Of a stretch of 64,000 nt of DNA, positions 10,329-20,746 are shown piece by piece. A program made the position numbers and the translations under genes. The first letter of the stretch is position 1, and every line of letters begins with the position of its first letter. Origin of the DNA: a virus; IMG/VR virus record IMGVR_UViG_3300022407_006288, positions 32,001 through 96,000 of that record; one strand, written 5' to 3'. The notes under the pieces were generated by a model. That model searched no databases. It was not told the origin of the DNA and saw nothing but the letters and a program-made list of their open reading frames with translations.

Positions 10329-10340
10329 GATAATATTCCT

Positions 10341-10577
10341 TTACATGTATTCCTTGCCGCCGGCTGGGCTTTGTTCTTTGCGTCTTTTATTAATGACCTT
10401 AATTGATAATTCTCGATCCTCAAAACTCATTGCCCAAGCCGAATCTAATTCAATGCCACCGCCCATAAAGTAACATATATCTAGTATTTGTTCTTTTAAT
10501 GCTCTTGACTCATTGGTGTAAGATTCAATCAGGTCGCTTAATTTCTCTGGTGGGAGTGTAATTAAGGACCTTATGAA
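10341..10577 (-). CDS. Start-less -1 frame extension of the gp26-like gene (gp51/gpGT-like segment)
   Basis: 78 open codons FIRSLITLPPEKLSDLIESY...WAMSFEDRELSIKVINKRRKEQSPAGGKEYM*. The frame opens just upstream of A-AAT-TTT and has no canonical start in its first ~40 codons. Confidence 0.6.
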   Translation of the reverse strand, partial: FIRSLITLPPEKLSDLIESYTNESRALKEQILDICYFMGGGIELDSAWAMSFEDRELSIKVINKRRKEQSPAGGKEYM

Positions 10578-11413
10578 AAATTTACAGGATTGAAGTCAAT
10601 TTCGTTTTCCCATTCGTTGCTACATTTTTCACATGTTGCCATAAACACTCGTTTAATGCCAATTTGATTGATTTCTTTAATTAAGTCGGAAATTTTATCA
10701 ACACTTTTTTTATCAATATTTTGTAAAAATTCTTTAATGTCATCTTTGTTATCTACGTTTATGTCATTGCCTTCATCTACAACTTTAACAATTGAACTAC
10801 ACATGAGAACATAGGTAATTTTTGACATTTCACTAAATGCACTTGCAAATAATTTCATTCTGGCTTCGTCGGTGATTGTTTCGCTTTCGACTGCTCTTCT
10901 AAGCTTGTTTTGTTCAAACTGAGCGCGTAACCCACTTAACAATTCTGGGAATCCGTAAGGTTTAACAAAAATACTAATACCGGATTCTAAATTTACAACG
11001 TATTCCTCATCTAGATAGCTCATGTTATCAAGCGCATATTGAAGATCGAGCTTAAATAAATTTGGATGGCTACATTTATTACATGTAATCTCAGTTTCTA
11101 ATGCATCGTTGTATGTTGCATATCTGATGGCTGTAATAATTGCATCAACATCGTTGGTTAACAAAACCCTGGGATCGCTGACTGCAGGTGCACAACTTTT
11201 AATTATTTCAACAATGGCTTCTCCGTTCAGCAAAGCATCTGGATTCTTAAGAATAAGTTCGTCTTTTCCAGTCATAGCCATGATTCCAATTTCACCAGAA
11301 TCAGTGAAATTTATAGCACCCGGCGCATAGTACGATGTTCCTCCTGGCAATTTTATATAAAGCTTGAATTGTCTAAAATATTGCTTTAGGGGATTTACAC
11401 GAGTTTGTTCCAT
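10571..11413 (-). CDS. Baseplate hub assembly / tail chaperone protein (gp26-like)
   Basis: NPLKQYFRQ...MTGKDELILKNPDALLNG...DVDAIITAIRYATY, with CxxC pairs CNKC and CEKC. Real start is ATG 11413 with AAGGA RBS. Confidence 0.75.
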   Translation of the reverse strand: MEQTRVNPLKQYFRQFKLYIKLPGGTSYYAPGAINFTDSGEIGIMAMTGKDELILKNPDALLNGEAIVEIIKSCAPAVSDPRVLLTNDVDAIITAIRYATYNDALETEITCNKCSHPNLFKLDLQYALDNMSYLDEEYVVNLESGISIFVKPYGFPELLSGLRAQFEQNKLRRAVESETITDEARMKLFASAFSEMSKITYVLMCSSIVKVVDEGNDINVDNKDDIKEFLQNIDKKSVDKISDLIKEINQIGIKRVFMATCEKCSNEWENEIDFNPVNFS

Positions 11414-11435
11414 GAATTTTTCCTTGAAAATATTT

Positions 11436-11471
11436 GATAAATAATATGAAATATGTTTGCTCTTATTTATC
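11436..11471. promoter_or_regulatory. Overlapping divergent late promoters
   Basis: GATAAATA at 11436-11443 (+, tape measure) and TATTTATC at 11464-11471 (-, gp26-like). Confidence 0.65.
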
Positions 11472-11494
11472 ACGGGACTTAACTGAATAATACT

Positions 11495-14029
11495 ATGGCT
11501 GATAATTCTGTTTTTATATCTGGTATTGCCGATGGTGCTCTTGAAAATGAGCTGTCTAAACTACCGGGATGGGCTACCGAGTCAACAGCAAAGAATATTC
11601 AAGGCATACTTGCAAAAACATACGCACTTCAGGCTAAATCATTTGCTGAATTGATTAAGAAAAATGCCACAGGCGGCGGATTATCGCCTGAAGAAATGGC
11701 AGATTTTAACAAACAGATCAAGGATGCAAATAAAGGTCTTAAAAAACAACAAGATAGTGAAGCAACGTGGAGGAAAAAGACTGAAGCCGAACACGGTAAA
11801 GAAGATGCTAGAAGAAAAAAGGATGCCGATTACTTTGATAAAAAGGCAGTCAAAGAACTTGCTATACTTTATCTGCAAACCGAAATTCTTGAAGCTTACA
11901 AACAAAATTTTGCTGTATTCACAAGTCTTAACGAATCAGGTATTAATCTTGTTGATGGGTTTGATAGTGTTCGCGACGGGTTTGACGGAGTAGCCCAATT
12001 ATCGGCACTAACCGGAGTTAGATATACCGAATTAGCAGCATCAATGGAAAAATATAATACAGCAATTAATGCATTTGGTGCAGGTAAATTTGCTAAAACA
12101 GTAGGACAGTCATCGGCATCCTTGGCACAGTTTGGATTTTCTAGTAAAGAAGCAGCAGATTTATTAGGGGCGTACCTTGATTCACAGTCAAATTTTACTA
12201 ATATACAAAACAAAACTCAGTCAGAAACAACACAAGATTTAGAAAAATTTGGTGAAAGAATAATGAAACTTTCAATAGTAACGGGTCAATCTAGGACTGC
12301 TATTTTAGCAAACTTAAAATCGGTTACTGACAGTACTGAAGCTAACATATTGCAAGGACAAGCCGGTGCTGCTGCTGCCGGATCAACACTAGAATTTGTT
12401 TCGTCCTTGAAAAATCAGCAGTTTGGTAGGCAGTTGCTTAAAATGATGACTGATCAGATCAAACCACTAAACCAGACATTCCAGAGCTTTCAAAAGATTG
12501 GGCAGGGTGGTTTTGCTCAAAAGATGACAGCATTTACTGAAAGCATAAAAGGATTAGATCCAACAGAACAGGCACAAGCACTAAAGTCGTTTGAAGAAGC
12601 CAATCGTGCCGAAATTGAACACAATAAACAACAAGCAAACCTATATAGTCAAATACCAGAACTTGCAGGTGAAGCAAATGCAGCATTAGAGACATATAAA
12701 GGGCTACAGCAGTCTGCCAATGCAGTGACTCGATTAAGCGCCGAGGAATTAGAAAAATTAAAGAAGACAAATAAGTCAAGAGCAGATTTTAATACACAAT
12801 ACGAAAAACTTATGTCAACCTTTCAGCGTATATTTTCTCTTAGCACGCCGGTACTAGATGCACTTACCTTAGGACTAACAGGATTAAATTGGGTAATTGA
12901 TAAAACCATAGCATTGTTTAAGTTTTTTGATGATACTATTCTTATGCCCTTTATTGGATCGTTTGGCGATACCGGAAAATATATAGCTGAGATAGGCTCA
13001 CTTAATTGGGCAGGGCTTGCATTTGGTGCCGCAGCGTTAATTAATACTATGCCTAAACTTTTATCATTTACTAAAGGCCTTTTAGGTCTTCTTGGAAGTG
13101 CCGCCGGCGGCGGTGGAGGCGGCGGCGGTGCAGGAAAAGGAAAAGCCGGAAGTGCCGCCGGCGGCGCCGCCGGCGGACTTTTAAGTGGTGTAGGCAAAGG
13201 ACTTGGCGGCATTTTAGAGGGCATTGCCAAAGGCTTATCTGCTCTCGGATCACCTAAGGTATTACTCGGAGTAGTTGCACTAGCAGGTATTGCCGGAGCA
13301 TTATGGGTTACAGGCAAAGCAGTTCAACAATTTGTAGGACTAGACTGGAAAACCCTGGCCCAGGCAGGTGTTGCACTTGTAGGTCTTGGTGTAGCCGGTG
13401 CTGCTGCTGGTTTAGCAGCACCATTAATTGCGCTAGGCGCCGGTGCCCTAGGATTAATGGGCGGGGCACTATGGATTATTGGCCAAGCAATACAGGCAAC
13501 AGGTACTGGTCTGCAAATGTTTGCTACTTCACTTGATACATTAAGCAAGTTAAATGGGGATAATCTTGGCAATGTTGCAAAAGGTCTAGGCGAACTAGGG
13601 GTGTCAATAGTAGCATTTTCCGCATCAAGTTTGTTTTCATCGACTGGTATAGAATCACTCACAACAATTGTAGGACTAATAAACAGTTTAGATTTAGCAA
13701 AAGCAACAGCATTTGCCAGTATAGGTAATGCTAAATCGGTGTCGTTACCTTCACCGTCCACAACCGCAACTTCTCCTTCTACACCCAAATCGTCTACGTT
13801 AAACAGCCCATCGCAGGTATCGTCTTCGCCCGAATCCAATGGTACACAATCAACCACAAAAGAAACAGCAAGTGCCTCTCCGGGCGGGACAGAAAAACCA
13901 GCTACGCCCGGAGATGTATCTACTGCAATAGGATATCAAAGCTCTCTATTAGAGCAACTACTCCAGGCCACAAATAGTGTTTTATCTGTAAATAAAGACA
14001 TCTTAAAATATGCAAAGGTTAACGCATAG
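11495..14029 (+). CDS. Tape-measure-like protein
   Basis: 844 aa, largely helical and Ala/Gly/Leu-rich, with hydrophobic Gly-Ala repeats and a Ser/Pro/Thr-rich tail; adjacent to the hub gene. Confidence 0.65.
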   Translation: MADNSVFISGIADGALENELSKLPGWATESTAKNIQGILAKTYALQAKSFAELIKKNATGGGLSPEEMADFNKQIKDANKGLKKQQDSEATWRKKTEAEHGKEDARRKKDADYFDKKAVKELAILYLQTEILEAYKQNFAVFTSLNESGINLVDGFDSVRDGFDGVAQLSALTGVRYTELAASMEKYNTAINAFGAGKFAKTVGQSSASLAQFGFSSKEAADLLGAYLDSQSNFTNIQNKTQSETTQDLEKFGERIMKLSIVTGQSRTAILANLKSVTDSTEANILQGQAGAAAAGSTLEFVSSLKNQQFGRQLLKMMTDQIKPLNQTFQSFQKIGQGGFAQKMTAFTESIKGLDPTEQAQALKSFEEANRAEIEHNKQQANLYSQIPELAGEANAALETYKGLQQSANAVTRLSAEELEKLKKTNKSRADFNTQYEKLMSTFQRIFSLSTPVLDALTLGLTGLNWVIDKTIALFKFFDDTILMPFIGSFGDTGKYIAEIGSLNWAGLAFGAAALINTMPKLLSFTKGLLGLLGSAAGGGGGGGGAGKGKAGSAAGGAAGGLLSGVGKGLGGILEGIAKGLSALGSPKVLLGVVALAGIAGALWVTGKAVQQFVGLDWKTLAQAGVALVGLGVAGAAAGLAAPLIALGAGALGLMGGALWIIGQAIQATGTGLQMFATSLDTLSKLNGDNLGNVAKGLGELGVSIVAFSASSLFSSTGIESLTTIVGLINSLDLAKATAFASIGNAKSVSLPSPSTTATSPSTPKSSTLNSPSQVSSSPESNGTQSTTKETASASPGGTEKPATPGDVSTAIGYQSSLLEQLLQATNSVLSVNKDILKYAKVNA

Positions 14030-14108
14030 TTGGTGTGATATTAATAAAATATTGCCGATATGCTTTTATAGATAAATAGCAGATAATAAATAATACGAGG
14101 GGCATATT

Positions 14109-15833
14109 TTGACGTGGAAAAAATTCTTTAAGCCGGTAAATTCCGTGTTACCTGCTGCACAAAGGTCGATAGACAGCACATCTGCGTATGCATCGACTGC
14201 AAAATACAGCAACTGGCTTCCCGAAGTATATTCTGGGCCACCTGATCGACTACAGCGATACAGTGTCTATGATCAAATGAATTTTGATCATGAAATTTGT
14301 GCAGCACTGGATACATTAGCTGACTTTGCCACAGAGCCGGATGCAGTTACAAAACTACCTCTAGTCATTCAGTATAATGATGAGCCAACCCCGTCTGAAG
14401 TACAGATTTTAGAAAAATCCCTAGGACAGTGGTGTAGACTTAATAAACTACCGCGTCGCTTGTGGAGAATGTTTAGATCAACACTGGTGTATGGCGATCA
14501 ATTCTTTATACGTGATCCCGAAACATTTAAGCTTTATTGGGTTGATCCTGCTAAAGTTGAAAAAGTTATTGTAAACGAAAGTGATGGCAAAAAAATTGAA
14601 AGCTATTTCATTAAGGATATTGACCTTAATATGAAAAGTTTAGTTGCTACAAATCAACTTAACAAACTTTCAAACGAAGCATTTGGATCTAATAGCATTG
14701 TATTCTCCCCACCTATGCAAGGTAATATGAACTATGTATCAGGCGGCTACGGTGGTGCTGGTACAGCAAACTATCAAGACGGCGGCGCAACAGCAGTTGA
14801 TGCCGAACATATTATACAATTATCGCTAACAGACGGCATGAATGCTGCTTGGCCATTCGGACTCAGCATACTAGAGCAAATTTACAAGGTTTATAAGCAA
14901 AAAGAGCTGTTAGAAGACGCAATTTTAATCTATCGCGTACACCGTGCCCCAGAACGTCGTGTGTTCTTTATTGACGTTGGCACCATGCCGCCAAATAAAG
15001 CACAACAGTATTTAGAGCGGGTTCGCTATGAAGTGCAGCAAAAACGTATACCAAGCCGCACAGGTGGTGGTGCTAACGTAGTTGATAGCACATACAATCC
15101 AATGAGTATTCTTGAGGATTATTTTTTTGCTGTGACAAGCGAAGGACGAGGATCTAAAGTTGACGTATTGCCCGGTGGAGAAAACTTAGGCGACATTGAC
15201 GACTTGCGCTATTTTAATAATAAAATGTTGCGTGCGTTAGGTGTACCCAGCTCGTACTTGCCGTCCGGGCCCGAAGACGGGTCTACATCAGTATCCGACG
15301 GCCGTGTTGGCACAGCATTTATACAAGAGTTTAGATTTGCTAAAGTTGTGACAAGATATCAACAACAAACTATTGAACCAATTGATTTAGAATTTAAATT
15401 ATTCTTAAAACATCGCGGTGTAACAATTGATAATAGTCTATTTGACTTGTCATATACACCGGCACAGTCTTTCTCGGAATACAGGCAACTTGAATTAGAT
15501 TCTGCTAAAATTAATACATTCACAGCATTAACTGATATTTCTTTTGTGTCTAAAAGATTTATTTTAAAGAGATATTTAGGGTGGACTGAAGCAGAACTTG
15601 CAGAAAATGAGCGTATGTGGAAAGAAGAACGCAGCCGCTTGTCTAAGTCGTTCCCAGCAGAACAGGGTGGCGGATCCTCATCAACTGGATTATCTGATAT
15701 AGGTATTACAAGTTCGGGCATTGACAACATGGCACCCGAAGGCGGAGGAGAGATTGACGAATTTGAACCATCTGGAGAAGAAGGAGCACCAGAGGTCACA
15801 GATACCGAAGTTGATAGCTTTGGGGAGGAATAA
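14109..15833 (+). CDS. gp20: Portal vertex protein
   Basis: KQKELLEDAILIYRVHRAPERRVFFIDVG, EDYFF, GGENLGDIDDLRYFNNKMLRALGVP. Confidence 0.95.
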   Translation: MTWKKFFKPVNSVLPAAQRSIDSTSAYASTAKYSNWLPEVYSGPPDRLQRYSVYDQMNFDHEICAALDTLADFATEPDAVTKLPLVIQYNDEPTPSEVQILEKSLGQWCRLNKLPRRLWRMFRSTLVYGDQFFIRDPETFKLYWVDPAKVEKVIVNESDGKKIESYFIKDIDLNMKSLVATNQLNKLSNEAFGSNSIVFSPPMQGNMNYVSGGYGGAGTANYQDGGATAVDAEHIIQLSLTDGMNAAWPFGLSILEQIYKVYKQKELLEDAILIYRVHRAPERRVFFIDVGTMPPNKAQQYLERVRYEVQQKRIPSRTGGGANVVDSTYNPMSILEDYFFAVTSEGRGSKVDVLPGGENLGDIDDLRYFNNKMLRALGVPSSYLPSGPEDGSTSVSDGRVGTAFIQEFRFAKVVTRYQQQTIEPIDLEFKLFLKHRGVTIDNSLFDLSYTPAQSFSEYRQLELDSAKINTFTALTDISFVSKRFILKRYLGWTEAELAENERMWKEERSRLSKSFPAEQGGGSSSTGLSDIGITSSGIDNMAPEGGGEIDEFEPSGEEGAPEVTDTEVDSFGEE

Positions 15834-16271
15834 ATGAAAATACGAGACATTATATTAAATGAAATATTTGATAGCAATGTCTCGGGTAATCTAGTAAGAG
15901 CAACCTCGGACTTGTTTACTACAGAGGCAACTATAGGCGACCGCAAAATTGTATTTAATGCGGCCGAATCCGACGGAAATAAATGGGAAATTGAGTTTTT
16001 TGAAAAACATCGAGGAAGCATGTCTTACGGAAAAACCGGCTCGGGAAGTGAGATACAAGTATTTTCATTTATTATTGAATCTATAAACGAATTAATTTCT
16101 AGATATCACCCGGATGAAATAACATTTAGTTCACATAAAGCAGACGGTAATAGAACAGATTTGTACAAAAAAATAGTAAGTAAAATTAAGATTCGCGGGT
16201 ATCACCTTTCAGACATAGTGGCTGGGCAACATGCTGATATATTTCGTATTGTCCGGGATGATAACAACTAA
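15834..16271 (+). CDS. Putative internal head protein with a capsid-targeting-like N-terminus
   Basis: Starts MKIRDIILNE; located in the head module. Confidence 0.5.
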   Translation: MKIRDIILNEIFDSNVSGNLVRATSDLFTTEATIGDRKIVFNAAESDGNKWEIEFFEKHRGSMSYGKTGSGSEIQVFSFIIESINELISRYHPDEITFSSHKADGNRTDLYKKIVSKIKIRGYHLSDIVAGQHADIFRIVRDDNN

Positions 16272-16319
16272 TACATTTAAAATATAATTGATAAATATAC
16301 TATATTACAGAGGGTGTAT

Positions 16320-16535
16320 ATGCGTGCTGTGGAAATGCTAACTGAATTTTATGATCCTGCCGATGATACATTGGGTCAGGCAAAAATGGATGACACTCGG
16401 CGCCCGAGATTAACTCTGCATCATTTACAGAAGCTACGAAAATCCAGGGATGCCGAAAAGTACGAAAAAGTTCAGCATTTAGAATTTTTACCAGATATGT
16501 ATGATACCGCTGCTCAGAATGAAGGCGGTTTATAA
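16320..16535 (+). CDS. Small prohead-associated protein
   Basis: MRAVEMLTE...RRPRLTLHHLQKLRK; late promoter at 16290. Confidence 0.55.
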   Translation: MRAVEMLTEFYDPADDTLGQAKMDDTRRPRLTLHHLQKLRKSRDAEKYEKVQHLEFLPDMYDTAAQNEGGL

Positions 16536-16574
16536 AGTGGTATTTTATATTGTATGGTATGTAGCTAAATAAAG

Positions 16575-16606
16575 CTATACAACTATACAACTATACAACT
16601 ATACAA
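16575..16606 (+). repeat. Tandem repeat (CTATACAA)x4
   Basis: Four exact 8-bp copies plus a partial copy, intergenic. Confidence 0.9.
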
Positions 16607-16730
16607 CTAAATCACTAAAATAGCCTCTTTTATGGCCATTTACGGCACAAAATCTCTCTATTATGTTAAATACCTAGAATACCATTTAAATGGAATTTTT
16701 GAAATTTAAATAATAAAGGAGAGATTAGGC

Positions 16731-17744
16731 ATGTCACAACAAAAAAAGCTTGAAAAAGTGTTAGATCTTCTATTAAGTGAAGATTCCGACCAAGCAGCCG
16801 AACTTCTCCACCAAGTCATTGTAGAAAAAGCTCGTGTCATATATGAAAGCATTGTTGAAGAAGAAGACAGTGCCGAAGATGATGCAGCGGACGATGTTGT
16901 TGGTGGTGAACCAAATAAAGACTTTACAGACGCTATTTCATCAGATCAAGAAGAAATTGATGCCGATGAACATAATGACGGCAAAGCTAGCGGCGACTTT
17001 GATGATCTTGAAAGCGAAGAGCACGAAGAATATGAAGACTTCAAGTCACAAATTGAAGAACTTCGCGCAAAATTTAGCGAAATAACAGGTGAGTTATTAG
17101 ATACAGTCGATAGTACGGAAGATGAACTTGACGATAACGAATCAGAAGAAGACGAAGAAGAAGGGTACGATGACGAAGCGGATGACGAATTAGATTCCGA
17201 TTTTGATGAAATCGAATCAGATTACGTAGCAGAAGACAGTCATTGTCACGAATGCGATTGCAATCCTTGCGAATGCCCCGAAGAAGAGCATCCAATGTTT
17301 GAAAAGAAGAAATCAGCTAAACTTAAGGTAGCCCCACAAGCAAAGAACATGCCTAAGGGTAAAAAAGTTGCAGAAGAAACTCAATTCTTAAAGAAGACAG
17401 CTGATACTGGACAACGCGGCACAGCCAAGTTTGTTGGTACAGGCAAAGATTCACAGCTTGGTGCCGAACAGGACAGGTCAGTATTTTCAACAGCCCCATC
17501 AAAGCCAAGCTACGGTGGAACACCTGACAATTTACTAGGTAGCAAATCTACCGGCGGCGAGTATGGCAAATTTACAGCAGACAAAGGTAAAGATGACACT
17601 TTATCAGACAACGTAGATGTTAAACCAAAACATTCTAGCATTAAAGCCGATAGTACTGCCAAATACACTGGCGGTAAAGTAGCAGGTGAAGGATTTAATA
17701 AATCTCCTCTAACAAGAGCACCAAGCAAGCCAGGCTCACGGTAA
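16731..17744 (+). CDS. Acidic prohead core/scaffold-like protein
   Basis: Very Asp/Glu-rich with a basic C-terminus; lies between portal and protease; AAGGAG RBS. Confidence 0.65.
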   Translation: MSQQKKLEKVLDLLLSEDSDQAAELLHQVIVEKARVIYESIVEEEDSAEDDAADDVVGGEPNKDFTDAISSDQEEIDADEHNDGKASGDFDDLESEEHEEYEDFKSQIEELRAKFSEITGELLDTVDSTEDELDDNESEEDEEEGYDDEADDELDSDFDEIESDYVAEDSHCHECDCNPCECPEEEHPMFEKKKSAKLKVAPQAKNMPKGKKVAEETQFLKKTADTGQRGTAKFVGTGKDSQLGAEQDRSVFSTAPSKPSYGGTPDNLLGSKSTGGEYGKFTADKGKDDTLSDNVDVKPKHSSIKADSTAKYTGGKVAGEGFNKSPLTRAPSKPGSR

Positions 17745-17767
17745 GAATAATAGGACTAATTTAAGCC

Positions 17768-18403
17768 ATGGCAAATAAACTTTACGAATATCTATCCTTT
17801 GACAAGGCTCATGTAGAGCTTTTAGAAGAAGACGATAAAAAGTCCGGAACTAAAATGCTTTGCATGAAAGGCATTTTTATTCAGGGCGATGTAAGAAATC
17901 AAAATCAGCGTGTATATCCTGCACGCGAGATTGCTCGGGCAGTTAATTCTATTACAGAAAAACTAAGTGGCGGTCAGTCAGTTATGGGAGAGCTCGACCA
18001 TCCGGAAGAGCTTTCTATTAACCTAGATCGTGTCAGTCACCTTATCACAGATATGTGGATAGAAGGTGCAGATGGATACGGAAAGTTAAAGATTGTTTCA
18101 ACTCCGATGGGCAACATTGTAAAAACATTGTTACAGTCGGGTGCAAAGTTGGGCGTCTCTTCCCGTGGTTCCGGTAATGTAAATGACGACGGTAATGTTT
18201 CAGACTTTGAAATTATTACTGTTGACATTGTTGCACAACCAAGTGCTCCAAATGCATTTCCGAGAACTATTTACGAAAGTCTTTATAACATGAAGGGTGG
18301 TTCACGAGTTATTACTACCGCTAAGGAAGCATTAACAGAGGCCGCTGCACAGAAACAGCTTGTTAAAGATCTTCACAGGTTTATTCAAGAGTTAAAAATT
18401 TAG
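17768..18403 (+). CDS. gp21: Prohead protease
   Basis: GIFIQGDVRNQNQRVYP, GELDHP, GVSSRGSG, DIVAQPSAPNA. Confidence 0.95.
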   Translation: MANKLYEYLSFDKAHVELLEEDDKKSGTKMLCMKGIFIQGDVRNQNQRVYPAREIARAVNSITEKLSGGQSVMGELDHPEELSINLDRVSHLITDMWIEGADGYGKLKIVSTPMGNIVKTLLQSGAKLGVSSRGSGNVNDDGNVSDFEIITVDIVAQPSAPNAFPRTIYESLYNMKGGSRVITTAKEALTEAAAQKQLVKDLHRFIQELKI

Positions 18404-18414
18404 GAGAACTCAAG

Positions 18415-19533
18415 ATGGCAAAAAAAATTGATGAGATCTTGAGTGAAAGCGTAGGATTGTCCGAAGAAACCAGAAGCCAAATCGCAGGCTTATGGGAGGC
18501 AAAAATTTCCGAAGCTCGTGATGAAGTTGCTGCAACACTCCGTGAGGAATTTGCACGTAAGTTTGAACACGACAAGGGAGTTCTTGTTGAATCAATGGAC
18601 CGTTTTTTAACAGACAAAATCCGCGTCGAACTCGAAGAATTCGCAGATGACAAGAGAAAACTTGTCACAGAACGTATTGCTTACAAGAGCAAAATTGTTC
18701 AACACACAGGGATGTTAAACAAATTTATCACAGAAACTGTAGCAAAGGAAATGCGAGAGTTTTACTCTGAAAAGAAGACAATGAAAGAAAATTTCAAGAA
18801 ACTTGAAAATTTCCTACTAAAGCAACTTGCCGAAGAAATTCGTGAGTTCCGTTTAGATAAGAAGTCTTTGGTAGAGCAAAAAGTCAAGATGGTTACCGAA
18901 GGTAAGCAAAAGCTACAGGAAACAAAAGTACAATTTATCAAGCGCGCCGCTACTATTATTGAGTCTAACATTGAAAAGACTCTACAAACAGAAATCAATC
19001 AATTCAGGGATGATATTCGTATTGCCCGAGAAAATGACTTCGGTCGTAAGATTTTTGAAAGTGTCGCTGCTGAATTTATGACTTCGCACTTAAACGAAGG
19101 AACCGAACTTAAGAAGCTGCAAAAAGTATTAGAATCAAAAGACATGCAAATTAAACAAATTAACCAATCAGTTAAGAAGAATAAGAGCATTATGGAGAAT
19201 CTTGATACAAAATTAAAAGCCACTCAAGATCTTGTCGAAAGACAAAAAGTTATGAACGAATTATTAGCTCCTTTATCGAAAGATAAAAAGGCAGTAATGA
19301 AAGAGTTACTTGAATCAGTACACACAAAAAGCTTGCAAACTACATACAATAAGTATCTACCAAGCGTTTTAAATGAAGCTATCGAACGTAAACCTGCAGC
19401 TACCAAGCCACAGTTAAACGAAGCAACATTGTCTGCTAGTACAGGTAACAGAGCGAGGGTCGCTCAAAATGGAGATGCTGAAGACTCTTCGGATCTACAG
19501 AAGATTTTGTCCTTAGCCGGAATTAGAAAGTAA
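18415..19533 (+). CDS. gp22: Prohead core scaffold protein
   Basis: Coiled-coil protein between protease and major capsid genes; ENDFGRKIFE motif; C-terminal ILSLAGIRK. Confidence 0.8.
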   Translation: MAKKIDEILSESVGLSEETRSQIAGLWEAKISEARDEVAATLREEFARKFEHDKGVLVESMDRFLTDKIRVELEEFADDKRKLVTERIAYKSKIVQHTGMLNKFITETVAKEMREFYSEKKTMKENFKKLENFLLKQLAEEIREFRLDKKSLVEQKVKMVTEGKQKLQETKVQFIKRAATIIESNIEKTLQTEINQFRDDIRIARENDFGRKIFESVAAEFMTSHLNEGTELKKLQKVLESKDMQIKQINQSVKKNKSIMENLDTKLKATQDLVERQKVMNELLAPLSKDKKAVMKELLESVHTKSLQTTYNKYLPSVLNEAIERKPAATKPQLNEATLSASTGNRARVAQNGDAEDSSDLQKILSLAGIRK

Positions 19534-19549
19534 TTTAGGAGAAATTATA

Positions 19550-20722
19550 ATGGCAACAAAGCTATTTGAATCAAACTGGGGCGCAACAAAAGAAGCCCTT
19601 TTAGAAGGCCTTTCGGGAACCCGCCGTCAATCCATGGACGTAGTGTTTGAGAACACTCGTAGATACTTGGCTGAATCGGCTACCGCTGGTGCCACACAAG
19701 CTGGTAATATTGCAGTACTTAACAAGGTAATGCTACCGCTTATCCGTCGTGTAATGCCAACCGTTATTGCGAACGAAATCATGGGCGTTCAGCCTATGAC
19801 CGGTCCAGTCGGTCAAATTCATACTCTACGTGTTCGTTATGCTAATACTGCTGCTGGTGTTACAGCTGGTACAGAAGCACTTGGTCCATTCGAAATTGCT
19901 AAGGCATATTCGGGTAACGAAGTTGCTGCTGATCCTGCTGCTGCTTCTACAGCACGCTTAGAAGGCGTACCTGGTAACAAGTTAAGTATCCAGATTTTGA
20001 AAGAAACCGTCGAAGCTAAGACACGTAAATTGTCAGCTCGTTGGACTTTTGAAGCTGCACAAGATGCTAATGCTATCCATGGTATCGACATCGAAGCAGA
20101 AATCATGCAAGCTCTTGCACAAGAAATCACAGTTGAAATCGACCAGGAAATGCTATTCAAGTTGGGTAGCCTAGTCCCTGTTGCTCCAACTACATTCAAC
20201 CAAGCTGCTGTATCTGGTACAGCTACATATGTTGGTGACGAAATGGCTGCTCTAGCAGTTATGATTAACCAACAAGCTAACCTTATTGCTGCACGTACAC
20301 GTCGTGGTGCTGCTAACTGGGCAGTTGTTTCGCCAACAGCGTTAACAATTCTTCAGACTGCAACAACATCATCATTTGCACGTACAACAGAAGGTACATT
20401 CGAAGCACCTACAAACACAAAGTTTGTTGGTACATTGAACAGCACAATGCGTGTTTATGTTAATCAATATGCAGGCGACGGCGAAGCAGTTCTAATAGGC
20501 TACAAAGGCCCAACAGAAACTGACGCAGCAGCTTACTATTGCCCATACATTCCGTTGATGAGCGTTGGTCCAGTTATGGATCCACAAACATTCGAACCAG
20601 TCGTTTCATTCATGACACGTTACGGATATTTGGAACTAACTAACACAGCTAACAGCTTCGGTAACGCAGCTGACTACGTGTCTAAGGTTGGAATAGATTC
20701 GGCCACATTGAAGTTCTTTTAA
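19550..20722 (+). CDS. gp23: Major capsid protein
   Basis: LIRRVMPTVIANEIMGVQPMTGPVGQI, VEAKTRKLSARWTFEAAQD, YCPYIPL, FMTRYG. Confidence 0.97.
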   Translation: MATKLFESNWGATKEALLEGLSGTRRQSMDVVFENTRRYLAESATAGATQAGNIAVLNKVMLPLIRRVMPTVIANEIMGVQPMTGPVGQIHTLRVRYANTAAGVTAGTEALGPFEIAKAYSGNEVAADPAAASTARLEGVPGNKLSIQILKETVEAKTRKLSARWTFEAAQDANAIHGIDIEAEIMQALAQEITVEIDQEMLFKLGSLVPVAPTTFNQAAVSGTATYVGDEMAALAVMINQQANLIAARTRRGAANWAVVSPTALTILQTATTSSFARTTEGTFEAPTNTKFVGTLNSTMRVYVNQYAGDGEAVLIGYKGPTETDAAAYYCPYIPLMSVGPVMDPQTFEPVVSFMTRYGYLELTNTANSFGNAADYVSKVGIDSATLKFF

Positions 20723-20746
20723 TTCTAAAACTAGAATTAGTAAAAC

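Noticed and set aside
16561-16610. CRISPR array
   Set aside because: Only an 8-bp tandem repeat without spacers. No repeat-spacer array or cas gene was seen in the window.
14109-20722. Introns or inteins in portal, protease or capsid genes
   Set aside because: The ORFs are continuous and of ordinary length, with no intein or group I motifs noticed.
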